Below, piece after piece: positions 42,685 through 51,945 of a stretch of 64,000 bases of DNA. Origin of the DNA: an uncultured delta proteobacterium (lineage in GTDB: Bacteria > Desulfobacterota > Desulfobacteria > Desulfobacterales > UBA2156); assembly GCA_963736855.1 (NCBI GenBank), contig CAVTQK010000017.1, forward strand, positions 128,001 through 192,000, in the 5' to 3' direction. Below the pieces are notes generated by a model. It worked only from the letters and a program-made list of their open reading frames with translations. It was not told where the DNA came from and did no database searches. The stretch's first letter is position 1; every line of letters begins with the position of its first letter. The position numbers and the translations under genes were made by a program.

Positions 42685-42827
42685 TATTTGTGGTGTAAGA
42701 CCAATCATTCAGAAGAGGGGGACGCCATCTCTGGAGTTTTTCTTGAAAAAGGTGTGGCTTCAGGAAATTCAGGTTCAGTACGGGATTGTGGCGGTGGGAT
42801 AACCGGCAAAGTCATGCAAATTGATCT

Positions 42828-43217
42828 ATGGGAGCAACCCTTTTAATTATCGATGAAGATCCTGCCTTTCGTGAGAATCTGGGCAGGCACCTTCAGGGCA
42901 ACGACTGGCAAATCCGGTTCGCCGATGGAATGATCGAGGCTAAAAGGATGGTGAAACGCAGAAATATCGACGTGGTGCTCTTGGGAATGGCTTCCCTGAA
43001 GCGGGAAGGGATCGCGATTCTCAGAATGATCAAAAAGCTAAGTTTCCTAACGGAAGTCATCATGATCGGAGGTTCCGAACAAATCGCGCTGTCCATCGAA
43101 GGGATGAAATGGGGCGCTTTTGACGATTTCATGGGTCCGTTTGAAATTGACTCGCTGATTTCCCGGATCCATGACGTCTTGGGGCAGAGAAAGAGAAAAC
43201 TGAAGGATCAAAAATAA
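42828..43217 (+). CDS. Atypical (pseudo-)receiver domain protein
   Basis: Receiver pattern with D->G (VVLLG), T->G (IMIGG) and K->G (MGP). Confidence 0.8.
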   Translation: MGATLLIIDEDPAFRENLGRHLQGNDWQIRFADGMIEAKRMVKRRNIDVVLLGMASLKREGIAILRMIKKLSFLTEVIMIGGSEQIALSIEGMKWGAFDDFMGPFEIDSLISRIHDVLGQRKRKLKDQK

Positions 43218-43251
43218 GCCGATTTCAGGCCATGAAGAAAAGGAGCAGAAG

Positions 43252-43707
43252 ATGGAAAATATTAAAGTGCTGTTGGTGGACGATGAAGAGGAATTTGTGA
43301 AGTCTCTGTCGGAGCGCGTCAAGATGCGCGAGTTGGGATCGGAGATCGCTTTGAACGGAGAAAAAGCGCTTCAGATCGTGAAAGACCAGGTCCCGGATGT
43401 CATGGTTTTGGATCTTAAAATGCCGGGTATAGACGGAATGGAGGTCTTGCGCCGTGTTAAAAAAGCTTATCCGAAAGTCGAGGTGATCATCCTGACGGGA
43501 CATGGTTCGGAAAAAGACGAGAAGGATGCCCGTCGCCTGGGTGCCTTCGATTATCTGCAGAAACCGGTAGATATCGAAAGTCTGGTTCAGTGCATCAGGC
43601 ACGCTTACAAAAATAGGATCGAAATTAACTTGTCGGTCGCTGCGTTTGCGGAAGCCGGGGAATTCGACACTTCCCGGGATATTATGGATGACAAGAAAGA
43701 AAAATAA
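43252..43707 (+). CDS. Response regulator receiver with short C-terminal tail
   Basis: LVDDE, VLDLKMP, LTGHG, KP; AAFAEAGE tail. Confidence 0.92.
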   Translation: MENIKVLLVDDEEEFVKSLSERVKMRELGSEIALNGEKALQIVKDQVPDVMVLDLKMPGIDGMEVLRRVKKAYPKVEVIILTGHGSEKDEKDARRLGAFDYLQKPVDIESLVQCIRHAYKNRIEINLSVAAFAEAGEFDTSRDIMDDKKEK

Positions 43708-43726
43708 TTTCTCCGAGGAGCAACGG

Positions 43727-43871
43727 ATGAAGATTCGGGTATTACTCCTAGAAGATGAAAAAGAATTTATTGAACCCTTGTCTCAGCGTCTTTAATCCGG
43801 GGGTTCAATGTCAAGACAGCCGCGAGCGGAGATGGGGCGTTGGATCTGATCAAATTAATCGGAATATTTTG
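43727..43871 (+). pseudogene. Truncated receiver-domain remnant
   Basis: GAGGAG RBS; MKIRVLLLEDEKEFIEPLSQRL-stop, then RGFNVKTAASGDGALDLIK in a shifted frame. Confidence 0.75.
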
Positions 43872-43980
43872 ATTGAGTTTTTTGCAAATTAGTGCCAACT
43901 AGGTTACTTCTGTTATTATAAAGAGGTTTAAGAAACTGAACCCCTTCCTATGGGGTGTTCCGTTTGGATGATCGATGACC

Positions 43981-44074
43981 GGAGAGATGTCCGAGTTGGC
44001 CGAAGGAGCACGACTGGAAATCGTGTGTGCTGCCAAAAGCGGCACCGAGGGTTCGAATCCCTCTCTCTCCGCCA
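43981..44074 (+). tRNA. tRNA-Ser(GGA)
   Basis: GGAGAGA acceptor stem, CACGA-CTGGAAA-TCGTG, long variable arm, encoded CCA. Confidence 0.96.
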
Positions 44075-44205
44075 CAGCCCTCCGATCCGAGTGAGGCACC
44101 CCGTGGCCCGGCCAAATAAAAACGAGGAACCATTTGAACTTTGCCCTTCAAAATTCTTTTTAATCTAAACCATCCCGGGTACATTCGAACCCAAGAGGCC
44201 TTGCC

Positions 44206-45900
44206 GTGTCTTACCTGGTTTTAGCCCGAAAATATCGACCCCAGACCTTTGAAGAGGTGATGCACCAGGATCATGTGACACGAACCCTGGCCAATGCCGT
44301 TGCCGCCGACCGTGTGGCCCACGCCGTCCTGCTATCGGGCCCCCGGGGAACCGGAAAGACAACCGTTGCCCGAATCCTTGCCAAGGCCATGAATTGCAAA
44401 GAAGGGCCGACTCCCATCCCCTGCAACCGGTGCCGATCCTGCCGGGAAATCACCCAGGGAAATGCCATAGATGTGTATGAAATCGACGGAGCCTCCAACA
44501 ACAGCGTGGACCAGGTACGGGAACTTCGGGAAAACGCCAGGTACATGCCGGCCTACAGCCCGTACAAGATCTATATCATCGATGAAGTGCACATGCTCAG
44601 CCCGGCGGCCTTCAATGCCCTCCTCAAGACCCTGGAGGAGCCGCCGTCCCACGTTCTGTTTATCTTTGCCACCACCGAACCCAACAAGATCCCAGCCACC
44701 ATTCTCTCCCGATGTCAGCGGCACGATTTCAGGCGCATCGACACCCGTTCCATCGTGAATCACCTGGAAACCGTCGTTTCCAAAGAGAACGCGGCCATCG
44801 ACCCGGAATGCCTCTGGGTCATTGCCCGGGAAGCCTCCGGTGGCATGAGGGACGCCTTAAGCCTCTTGGACCAGGTGATGACCTGCGCCGAAGGAAAGAT
44901 TAACCTCGAACAGGTGCTCGATCTTTTGGGGATCATGAACCGGAAAGTCGTTTTCGACCTTTCCCGGGCGGTTTTGGAAAAAGACGCCCCGGGGGTACTG
45001 GAGATTATCCATGAGGCTTACAGCCGGGGCTATGACATGAAGCGGCTCTATTTCGACCTTCTCGAGCACTTCAGGAATCTTTTTGTCACCAAAGCCTCTA
45101 AAAATCCCGCCCGGATCATGGACCTTCCGAGCGGTGAGGTGCAACAGTTCCTGGAGCAGTCCAGGGGGGTTTCCCATGTCTATCTGAGCCAGATCTGCGA
45201 TGTCCTCTTGAAGGAGGAATCCTCCATCCGGTTTTCCTCCCTTCCTCGGATCGCTCTGGAGATGGCTATCTTAAAGACGATGGAGGTGATTCCGGCGCTA
45301 TCCATCGAAAATCTCATTGAAAAGCTCGATGTTTTAAAAAATGAGATGGCTTCCCTGGGTCCGGAAAGAGGTTCAAGCAATGCCGGTCTCCCTTCGACGG
45401 GAACGCCTTCCGGGGCAGAATCGTCGTTTCCGGGGGGACCGGAAAGCCCTGCATCGACCGTCCCCATAGGATCTAACCCTGCCGCCGATTCGCCGACTCC
45501 GGTCCCGGAAGCGGCTGTGATAGCCGAAGCCGTAGCCGGGCCATGGGGACGGGTGATCCATTCCCTTTCGGAAAAAAATCCATCGCTTGCCGCATCTCTG
45601 ACTAAGTGTAGGATGATCCGTCGGACAGAATCGGAACTCGAGATCGAAGTCAACGGAAACGGGTACGATTTCCAGGCCCTCAACCGTAAAAAAAACAAGA
45701 CAGCCCTGATCAAAGCCTGCCAGGCGGTGTATGGGAACACAACGACCGTCTATTTGATTCACCCGGAGAAAAAGGAATCGCAAGATACGTCGAAAACGGA
45801 ATCTAAAAATGATTTGAAAAAACAGGCGGTCCAGCATCCCCTGGTGGCTGAAGCAGTGAGGATTTTCGGCGGCAGGGTGGTGGACGTTAAGGTATTATAG
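44206..45900 (+). CDS. dnaX: DNA polymerase III subunit tau/gamma
   Basis: [30 protein letters not shown]. Confidence 0.96.
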   Translation: MSYLVLARKYRPQTFEEVMHQDHVTRTLANAVAADRVAHAVLLSGPRGTGKTTVARILAKAMNCKEGPTPIPCNRCRSCREITQGNAIDVYEIDGASNNSVDQVRELRENARYMPAYSPYKIYIIDEVHMLSPAAFNALLKTLEEPPSHVLFIFATTEPNKIPATILSRCQRHDFRRIDTRSIVNHLETVVSKENAAIDPECLWVIAREASGGMRDALSLLDQVMTCAEGKINLEQVLDLLGIMNRKVVFDLSRAVLEKDAPGVLEIIHEAYSRGYDMKRLYFDLLEHFRNLFVTKASKNPARIMDLPSGEVQQFLEQSRGVSHVYLSQICDVLLKEESSIRFSSLPRIALEMAILKTMEVIPALSIENLIEKLDVLKNEMASLGPERGSSNAGLPSTGTPSGAESSFPGGPESPASTVPIGSNPAADSPTPVPEAAVIAEAVAGPWGRVIHSLSEKNPSLAASLTKCRMIRRTESELEIEVNGNGYDFQALNRKKNKTALIKACQAVYGNTTTVYLIHPEKKESQDTSKTESKNDLKKQAVQHPLVAEAVRIFGGRVVDVKVL

Positions 45901-45910
45901 GAGGACGGAT

Positions 45911-46222
45911 ATGAAAAACATGGGTAAGATGCTCAAGCAGGCCCAGAGACTCCAGTCCGACATGCTCAAGATGCAGGAGGCCCTGGCGGAAAAAACCATC
46001 GACGCGACATCGGGAGGCGGTGTCGTGAAAGTGGTTGCCAATGGGAAACAACAGATTGTGTCAATCGTTATCGATAAGGAAGTGGTCGATCCCAAAGACG
46101 TAGAGATGCTGCAGGATCTGATTCTGGCTGCCGTGAACGAGGCCCTTGCCCGATCCCAGGAGATGGTGAACGCCGAGATGTCGAAGCTCACCGGCGGGCT
46201 TAACATTCCCGGGCTGATGTAG
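45911..46222 (+). CDS. ybaB: YbaB/EbfC nucleoid-associated protein
   Basis: [22 protein letters not shown]; between dnaX and recR. Confidence 0.93.
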   Translation: MKNMGKMLKQAQRLQSDMLKMQEALAEKTIDATSGGGVVKVVANGKQQIVSIVIDKEVVDPKDVEMLQDLILAAVNEALARSQEMVNAEMSKLTGGLNIPGLM

Positions 46223-46822
46223 ATGCGGCACTACCCGTCATCCGTTAAACGAGTGATTGTCAATATGACCCGGCTTCCCGGAATCGGCGAAAAGACGGCG
46301 GAACGCCTGGTCATACATATGCTCTGCATGCCCCAGAAGGATATCGAGGCGCTTGCCGACAGCATCATGGAGATGAAGCGTTCGGTCCGGCTCTGCTCCC
46401 TTTGCCACTCTTTAAGCGATACCGATCTTTGCGCCATCTGCCGGGACCCCTCAAGAGACGAAGGCGTGATTTGTGTGGTGGAACAGCCGGCGGATATGGC
46501 AGCCATCGAAAAATCGGGGGCTTACACCGGTCGCTATCATATTCTCCAGGGTGTTCTTTCCCCTGTATGCGGGGTCGGGCCAAACGACATTCGGATCCGG
46601 GAACTTTTAGAACGGATCGGTAAAGGGGGTATCCGGGAGGTGGTTCTGGCCACTTCCACCGGCGTGGAGGGCGAGGCCACCGCCTCATATCTCGCCGAAA
46701 GGCTTCGGGGGCTTCCCGTGAAGACGACCCGGATTGCCTCGGGCGTGCCCATGGGGGGAGACCTCAAATACGTAGACCCGGTGACCCTGAAGCGGGCCAT
46801 GGATACCCGGCATGGTGTCTGA
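46223..46822 (+). CDS. recR: Recombination mediator RecR
   Basis: LPGIGEKTAERL, C4 zinc finger, EGEATA, GVPMGG. Confidence 0.95.
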   Translation: MRHYPSSVKRVIVNMTRLPGIGEKTAERLVIHMLCMPQKDIEALADSIMEMKRSVRLCSLCHSLSDTDLCAICRDPSRDEGVICVVEQPADMAAIEKSGAYTGRYHILQGVLSPVCGVGPNDIRIRELLERIGKGGIREVVLATSTGVEGEATASYLAERLRGLPVKTTRIASGVPMGGDLKYVDPVTLKRAMDTRHGV

Positions 46823-47225
46823 AACCCTCAAGTCAGACGACCTCTTTGAATGCAAGCAGTGCGGCGATTGCTGCAAGGGATACGGCGGCACCTTCGTCAC
46901 TCCGGAGGATATCCGTCGCATCGCCGTTTTCATCGATGAAGATCCGGTTCGATTCGCTAAAAAATATTGTCAGATGTCGGGGACAAGGCCTGTTTTGGCT
47001 CAGGCCGAAAACGGATATTGCGTGTTTTGGGATAAGCTTTGCCGGATCCATCCGGTCAAACCGCGGATGTGCCGGCAGTGGCCGTTCATTCAAAGTGTTC
47101 TGATCGATCTTGAGAACTGGCGCATCATGGCGAAAAGCTGTCCCGGGATCCGTACGGATATATCCGATGCCCTCCTTGAATCCTCTCTCAAATGCATTCT
47201 TCTTCCCGATGATCGGCGTCTTTGA
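46812..47225 (+). CDS. YkgJ-family cysteine-cluster protein
   Basis: CKQCGDCC...CVF...CRIHPVKPRMCRQWPF...CPG. Confidence 0.88.
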   Translation: MVSETLKSDDLFECKQCGDCCKGYGGTFVTPEDIRRIAVFIDEDPVRFAKKYCQMSGTRPVLAQAENGYCVFWDKLCRIHPVKPRMCRQWPFIQSVLIDLENWRIMAKSCPGIRTDISDALLESSLKCILLPDDRRL

Positions 47226-48033
47226 TTCCGGAATCGGCGGATTGGTCGTGGTTCGTAGCCTCAGAGAGGTGCTTCCCGAACATGATATGGTTTTTTTAGC
47301 GGACACGGCTCGATCCCCTTATGCAAACCGGAGTATTGAAACCGTCGCCCGATTCGCCGACGAGGGGATCAGGCACCTGATCGGCCTGAAGGTCGGTTTG
47401 GTAGTAATCTGTTGCTCCGCCGCCGCTTCCGCCTTCATCCAGGGAAAAATCGGACCCTATGCCGTGCCCATCATCGACGGGGTTACCTGTGCGGTTGCCG
47501 CGGCTCTCCCGGTCTCTAAAAAACATCAGTTCGGCGTCATCGGAAAAAGGGCGGCAATGGAGAGTGGCGTGTACGAAAGCCTCATCCGGGATCAAATGCC
47601 CGACGCCCGTGTGTATACCCAATCTTCCATCCTTTTGGATACCCTCATCGAGGAGGGTTGGGCTCTGAGACCCGAGACGGCCAGGATTGCGAAAAAACTT
47701 TTGCATCCCTTGCGCGTGAGACAAATCGACACGCTGATTCCGGACAGTCCTCATTTATCGGTTATCGAAAAGAAGATTGCGCTCAAAGCGGGCCGAAAGG
47801 TGAACATCGTCAAACCCTGGCAGGCCATTGCCGATAAGGTAAAGAAGACCCTCACCAAAAACCCTGAAATCGATCGGGCTCTGGGAAAGACCGGCTCTCT
47901 GAAGGTCAAGGTTACCGATCTGCCGGCAGGGCTGAAGGAAAAATGTGAGGCTTTACTGAAATCCAGGGTAACCATCGAGTGCGTACCGACGTTTTCAGAG
48001 GCAGGGCATGCCCACGGCTGCTTGCGGGATTGA
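47209..48033 (+). CDS. Glutamate racemase-like protein with degenerate active site
   Basis: IGVFDSGIGGL, DTARSPY; CNT->CSA and GCTH->DSPH. Confidence 0.8.
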   Translation: MIGVFDSGIGGLVVVRSLREVLPEHDMVFLADTARSPYANRSIETVARFADEGIRHLIGLKVGLVVICCSAAASAFIQGKIGPYAVPIIDGVTCAVAAALPVSKKHQFGVIGKRAAMESGVYESLIRDQMPDARVYTQSSILLDTLIEEGWALRPETARIAKKLLHPLRVRQIDTLIPDSPHLSVIEKKIALKAGRKVNIVKPWQAIADKVKKTLTKNPEIDRALGKTGSLKVKVTDLPAGLKEKCEALLKSRVTIECVPTFSEAGHAHGCLRD

Positions 48034-48929
48034 CTGCTCTGTTTGCAGGCTATTTATCCTGGGCGTATGTTCCACGTGCGGGCCGGGAACGAGCCGGGAG
48101 GCAGAGCTTAAAGTCGCGGCCCAGGAACGCCTTCTGGGTACCCCCTGTTCGATTCTTGCCTGCGCCCGAATGAACGGGGTGGCCTATTGTCTGAGGGATT
48201 GTGCGTTTTTTCACTGTGATCACTTTGCTTCGGGTCCATACCCTTTCAGCCAGGGATTTCTTTCAATGCAGAAAAGACGACGGGCCGAAGCATCACCGGG
48301 AAAGAGTCCTGCAGGGGAGCCCGTCCAGGTTCCGGAGCAATATTGGGATGTCTTGACCCGGATGAATATCCATGATCTGTGCTGTAACGCCCGTATCCAT
48401 CATGAATCCCCGGGGAAAATCCGCATTCCTTTTTTAAAAGGAAGAACTCCGGATCGATCTCAATCAGCGCCTTTTATTTCGAAAGGCCGGGGCATCCTGG
48501 GATCGTATCCAGGATCCGTTCCTGGTATTGATGTGCTTGGTCTACCTTCTGACTGTCAAAGATATTCCGTTGAACGGCCGGATGATCGGTGTGAACGAGC
48601 TGAAAACCGCCCATTTTTTTCAGGGCCCCCATTCGCTCCGCAATGAGCCGCTTTTAAGAAGGTTCGGGCAGGATCTTGACGGATTTCGCCGGTCCGCGCA
48701 GGCATTGGGGGGAGAGCCGCTGGACCTGGCCGATGCCGCCTATGCGCTTCACCCCTTTCCCAGAATTCCGCTTTATTATCTCATGTGGGAAGGAGATGAA
48801 GAGTTTTCACCCCGCTTGTCCGTTCTCTTCGATGAGACTATAGAAACCCTATTGCCAGCGGATGCCATTTGGGGTCTGGTCAACCTCGTCTCGTATCGTC
48901 TGCTCATCTCAGGTAACCCCACTGTTTGA
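48008..48929 (+). pseudogene. Cys-rich (DUF3795-like) plus DUF3786-like protein with one extra base
   Basis: ACGIDCSVC N-terminus; removing one base in TTTTTTAAAAG (about 48430-48440) joins to FFQGPH...WEGDEEF (306 aa). Confidence 0.7.
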
Positions 48930-50238
48930 GACGGCCGTAAGCGTATCGGGCGTTTTGTCCTTCGCTGATTTGCCGGAGATATTGATGGAACTCCTGGGCG
49001 GCAGGCTCCCGTTTTCCCATCCCTTCCAGAGCGAGCCCCTTGAAAAAATCGGTGTTCGGGTTTCCTGGAAGGTTCCGGTGGTACGCATCGAATTCCTGAT
49101 AGGCCCCGGAAAAATCCTTTCGGTGCAGCTTGGAGTACCCACTCAGGTGGTGGGCCTGAGCCTCCGTCGGGTTGACCGTTGTCGCTTTATCGATGTAGCG
49201 CTCGGCCTCGTCGTATTTATTCTGGGCAATGAGGGACTTGGAGGTCATGACCAGCCCGGCGTAATCATCCGGAGCGCCGGATAAGGCCTTTTTAAAAGTG
49301 GTTTCCGCGTCAGCGTACTTTTTCTTCCCCATGAGTTCCTCGCCCTTTTGCATGTCTCGGATCGGGCCTTCGATCTTCCGAATACCGGCGGTGTGATCCA
49401 TATATCTTTCCCGGTAAATCGGCTGGTTGCGGTATCCGGCGTAAAGGGTTTCAGAGGATTTTTTTGCCGTATCGTAACGCTCGTCGCTCATGGGGTGCGT
49501 GGCAAAAAGGAGCTGAGCGGCACTCGGTTTTTTCTTGTTCATATTCTTGAGCATCTCCATGAGTCCCGTCATCCCTTCCGGATTGTAACCGGCTTTGACC
49601 ATGTATTCCATCCCCAGGGCGTCGGCTTGGCGCTCGTTGTCCCTGCTGTAAGCAGCCAGGAAGGCACCGGAGGTGAGCATCCCCAATTGGGTGGCGATGA
49701 TGCCGGCTCCCATGTTTTCCTGCTGGATGCCCACGTAGGCCCCCACCCCGGCAGCCAGAGCCATAGCTACCATTCGTTTGGACATCAGCGATGCGGTGTG
49801 CCGTGCGTTTACATGCCCCAGTTCGTGACCCGTTAAGGCGGCCAACTGGGCTTCATCGTCCAGTTCGAGGAGGATTCCCCGGGTTGCGGCAATACTTCCC
49901 CCTGGAAAGGCGTAGGCATTGATATAAGTGGCGTTGACGGCCCTGAAGGAATAGGGCATCTGTCGGCGATGGGTATGGGAACCAAGGTCTTTTCCGACTC
50001 CGGACATATAATCCTGGAGTGTTGGGTCCTGGACAGCTCCGTAGTCGGTGGAATACTGATGGAGGGAATGTTGTTTGTCGATGCTGATTTCCTCACTTTC
50101 AGACATCAGCATCAGCTGGGATTCGCCGGTTACCGGATTGGTGGCGCAACCCAGAAAAAGGGAGGCCGCAGCCATAGACCCTGCATATAAAAAGTCCCTT
50201 CGGCTTATTTTTCTATCAATGACAATGGGATACAGCAC
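48904..50238 (-). CDS. M48 metalloprotease (BepA/YfgC-like) with TPRs; Tat lipoprotein
   Basis: SRRDFL, LFLG|C, NAYAFPGG, HELGH, THP. Confidence 0.9.
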   Translation of the reverse strand: MLYPIVIDRKISRRDFLYAGSMAAASLFLGCATNPVTGESQLMLMSESEEISIDKQHSLHQYSTDYGAVQDPTLQDYMSGVGKDLGSHTHRRQMPYSFRAVNATYINAYAFPGGSIAATRGILLELDDEAQLAALTGHELGHVNARHTASLMSKRMVAMALAAGVGAYVGIQQENMGAGIIATQLGMLTSGAFLAAYSRDNERQADALGMEYMVKAGYNPEGMTGLMEMLKNMNKKKPSAAQLLFATHPMSDERYDTAKKSSETLYAGYRNQPIYRERYMDHTAGIRKIEGPIRDMQKGEELMGKKKYADAETTFKKALSGAPDDYAGLVMTSKSLIAQNKYDEAERYIDKATTVNPTEAQAHHLSGYSKLHRKDFSGAYQEFDAYHRNLPGNPNTDFFKGLALEGMGKREPAAQEFHQYLRQISEGQNARYAYGRLKQWGYLR

Positions 50239-50364
50239 GATCGTTTCCTTTCAGCCCGGATGAAGGCCTTCAAGAATCGCAGAATATGGCTGGACGTTGA
50301 AATATATCATAAAGGATATGTGGAGGGGGTGTCAAACGTGTAGCCGCATCGATCCAATGCAGAC

Positions 50365-50402
50365 AAAAATAGCCACAACCTTTTGAAATTGCAGCTATTT
50401 TT
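50365..50402 (-). terminator. Terminator after tRNA-Phe
   Basis: AAAAATAGC...GCTATTTTT inverted repeat. Confidence 0.55.
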
Positions 50403-50409
50403 TAATACA

Positions 50410-50485
<76 letters not shown>

Positions 50486-50602
50486 ACCGCATATGTTAGC
50501 GAATCCTTAATGAAAGACATCTTTTTTGTCAACAGCTTTTTAAGGTATTCTATGGTCGTTGCGCTTTGTCGCAAGATGCGGGAAATGAGGCGTGGCATCT
50601 TC

Positions 50603-51592
50603 TTAAGTTTTATCTTTCCCGAAAAGCCGAAAATATTCCGGTCTCAGCCCACGATGATGCAGAGACTGCATCAGATCCAGGAAAGCCCGCGTAATTTCCG
50701 TGTCGAATTGGATTCCCGCGTTTACGGCAAACTCCCGACGAATGAACTCCAGGGATAGGGCGCCCCGGTAGGGACGATTCGAGACCATGGCGTGGTAGCA
50801 GTCGGCCACCTGGACAATGCGCGTCTCTATAGTAATTGCCGTACCTGTCAGTCCGTCGGGGTAACCTCGGCCATCGATCCGTTCATGGTGGTGACGCACT
50901 ACCGGCAGTATATCGGTCAGAAACTTCAGGGGTGATAGTATTGCCTCTCCATCTGCCGGGTGTTTCCGGATCAGGTCAAACTCTGTGTCGTTAAGGCGAC
51001 CGGGTTTTCGCAAAACGGCGTCCGGAACCCCGATCTTTCCGATGTCGTGGAGCCGGCCGGCGATCCGCACCCGCTCAGCGGCCTGGGCGGAGAAGCCCAT
51101 CACCAGAGCCAGTTGCTCAGCGGCGCATGCCACTGCCTCTGAGTGGCTGCGAGTATAGGTATCCTTCTTATCCACCGCCTCGGCCAAGGCAGTCACTGTG
51201 TCCAGATTGAGCTTCTTCAAATAGTCGACGTCCAGGTCCGTCCCCATCTCAAAACGAAACACAGCAGCTCCGAACTGGATCCGGTCTCCGTGGGCGAGGC
51301 GCTCGTTGGTCACCCGATAGCCGTTGAGAAAGGTGCCGTTGGTGCTGCCCAGGTCCTGGACGTAGTAACGGTTATGGACTGCCAGCAGTTTTGCATGCCG
51401 GCGGGAGACTTGGGGATCACGAATATTGAAGTCCGCCTTGTCGCTGCGGCCCAGGAGTAATTGGGGCGAGTCCAGAAGGATGGGCTGTCCGTTCCCCGCT
51501 TGAGGGATCAAGTAGGCCTTGCGTTTGGGCTCCAGCCCAATATTCCGCTTTGATGGGGGGAGTATCAATGTATCGAAGCTGGAGGAGTCCAC
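50603..51592 (-). CDS. FHA plus HD-GYP phosphodiesterase
   Basis: GRS...VSRRHA...STNGT (FHA); HDIGK, HHERIDGRGYP. Confidence 0.9.
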   Translation of the reverse strand: MDSSSFDTLILPPSKRNIGLEPKRKAYLIPQAGNGQPILLDSPQLLLGRSDKADFNIRDPQVSRRHAKLLAVHNRYYVQDLGSTNGTFLNGYRVTNERLAHGDRIQFGAAVFRFEMGTDLDVDYLKKLNLDTVTALAEAVDKKDTYTRSHSEAVACAAEQLALVMGFSAQAAERVRIAGRLHDIGKIGVPDAVLRKPGRLNDTEFDLIRKHPADGEAILSPLKFLTDILPVVRHHHERIDGRGYPDGLTGTAITIETRIVQVADCYHAMVSNRPYRGALSLEFIRREFAVNAGIQFDTEITRAFLDLMQSLHHRGLRPEYFRLFGKDKT

Positions 51593-51945
51593 GGTAATAA
51601 TTAATGGATGATAGCTCGCTTTTTTCCTGGCGAATTAAGCGGAAGCATGATTGAAATATCGGCATCATTCACAGTTCAAGATATGGGAACGTGCCCGTGC
51701 CGTTGTTGTAGCCGATGGATTTTGGGACATCTTATCGGAAAGAAGAGGTCCTGTAAACTAGATTCGAGGAAGCCCTTCATTGTCTGGGTTCGTACCCGGT
51801 TTTTCGGCTTCACCCCGGAATTTACGCATTGACAAGGCTTCGCCCCTACAGTAAATTTTTAATCCGACCTGTTCGGTTTGCCTTATGCATGAAGCAGCGT
51901 CGGAAAGGGATTTCCGGCAAATCAAAGAAACGGAGCCGAAGGCTG

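Noticed and set aside
43882..43898. Minus-strand sigma54-like TTGGCACTAATTTGCA
   Set aside because: GG-to-GC spacing is 9 nt rather than 10, and it points antisense into a remnant.
37320..44074. tRNA-Ser pair as attL/attR of an integrative element
   Set aside because: Both are complete tRNAs with different anticodons; no integrase or partial tRNA duplication was seen.
44075..44205. SRP RNA (ffs), often found upstream of dnaX
   Set aside because: The conserved CAGG...GGAAGCAG core was not found.
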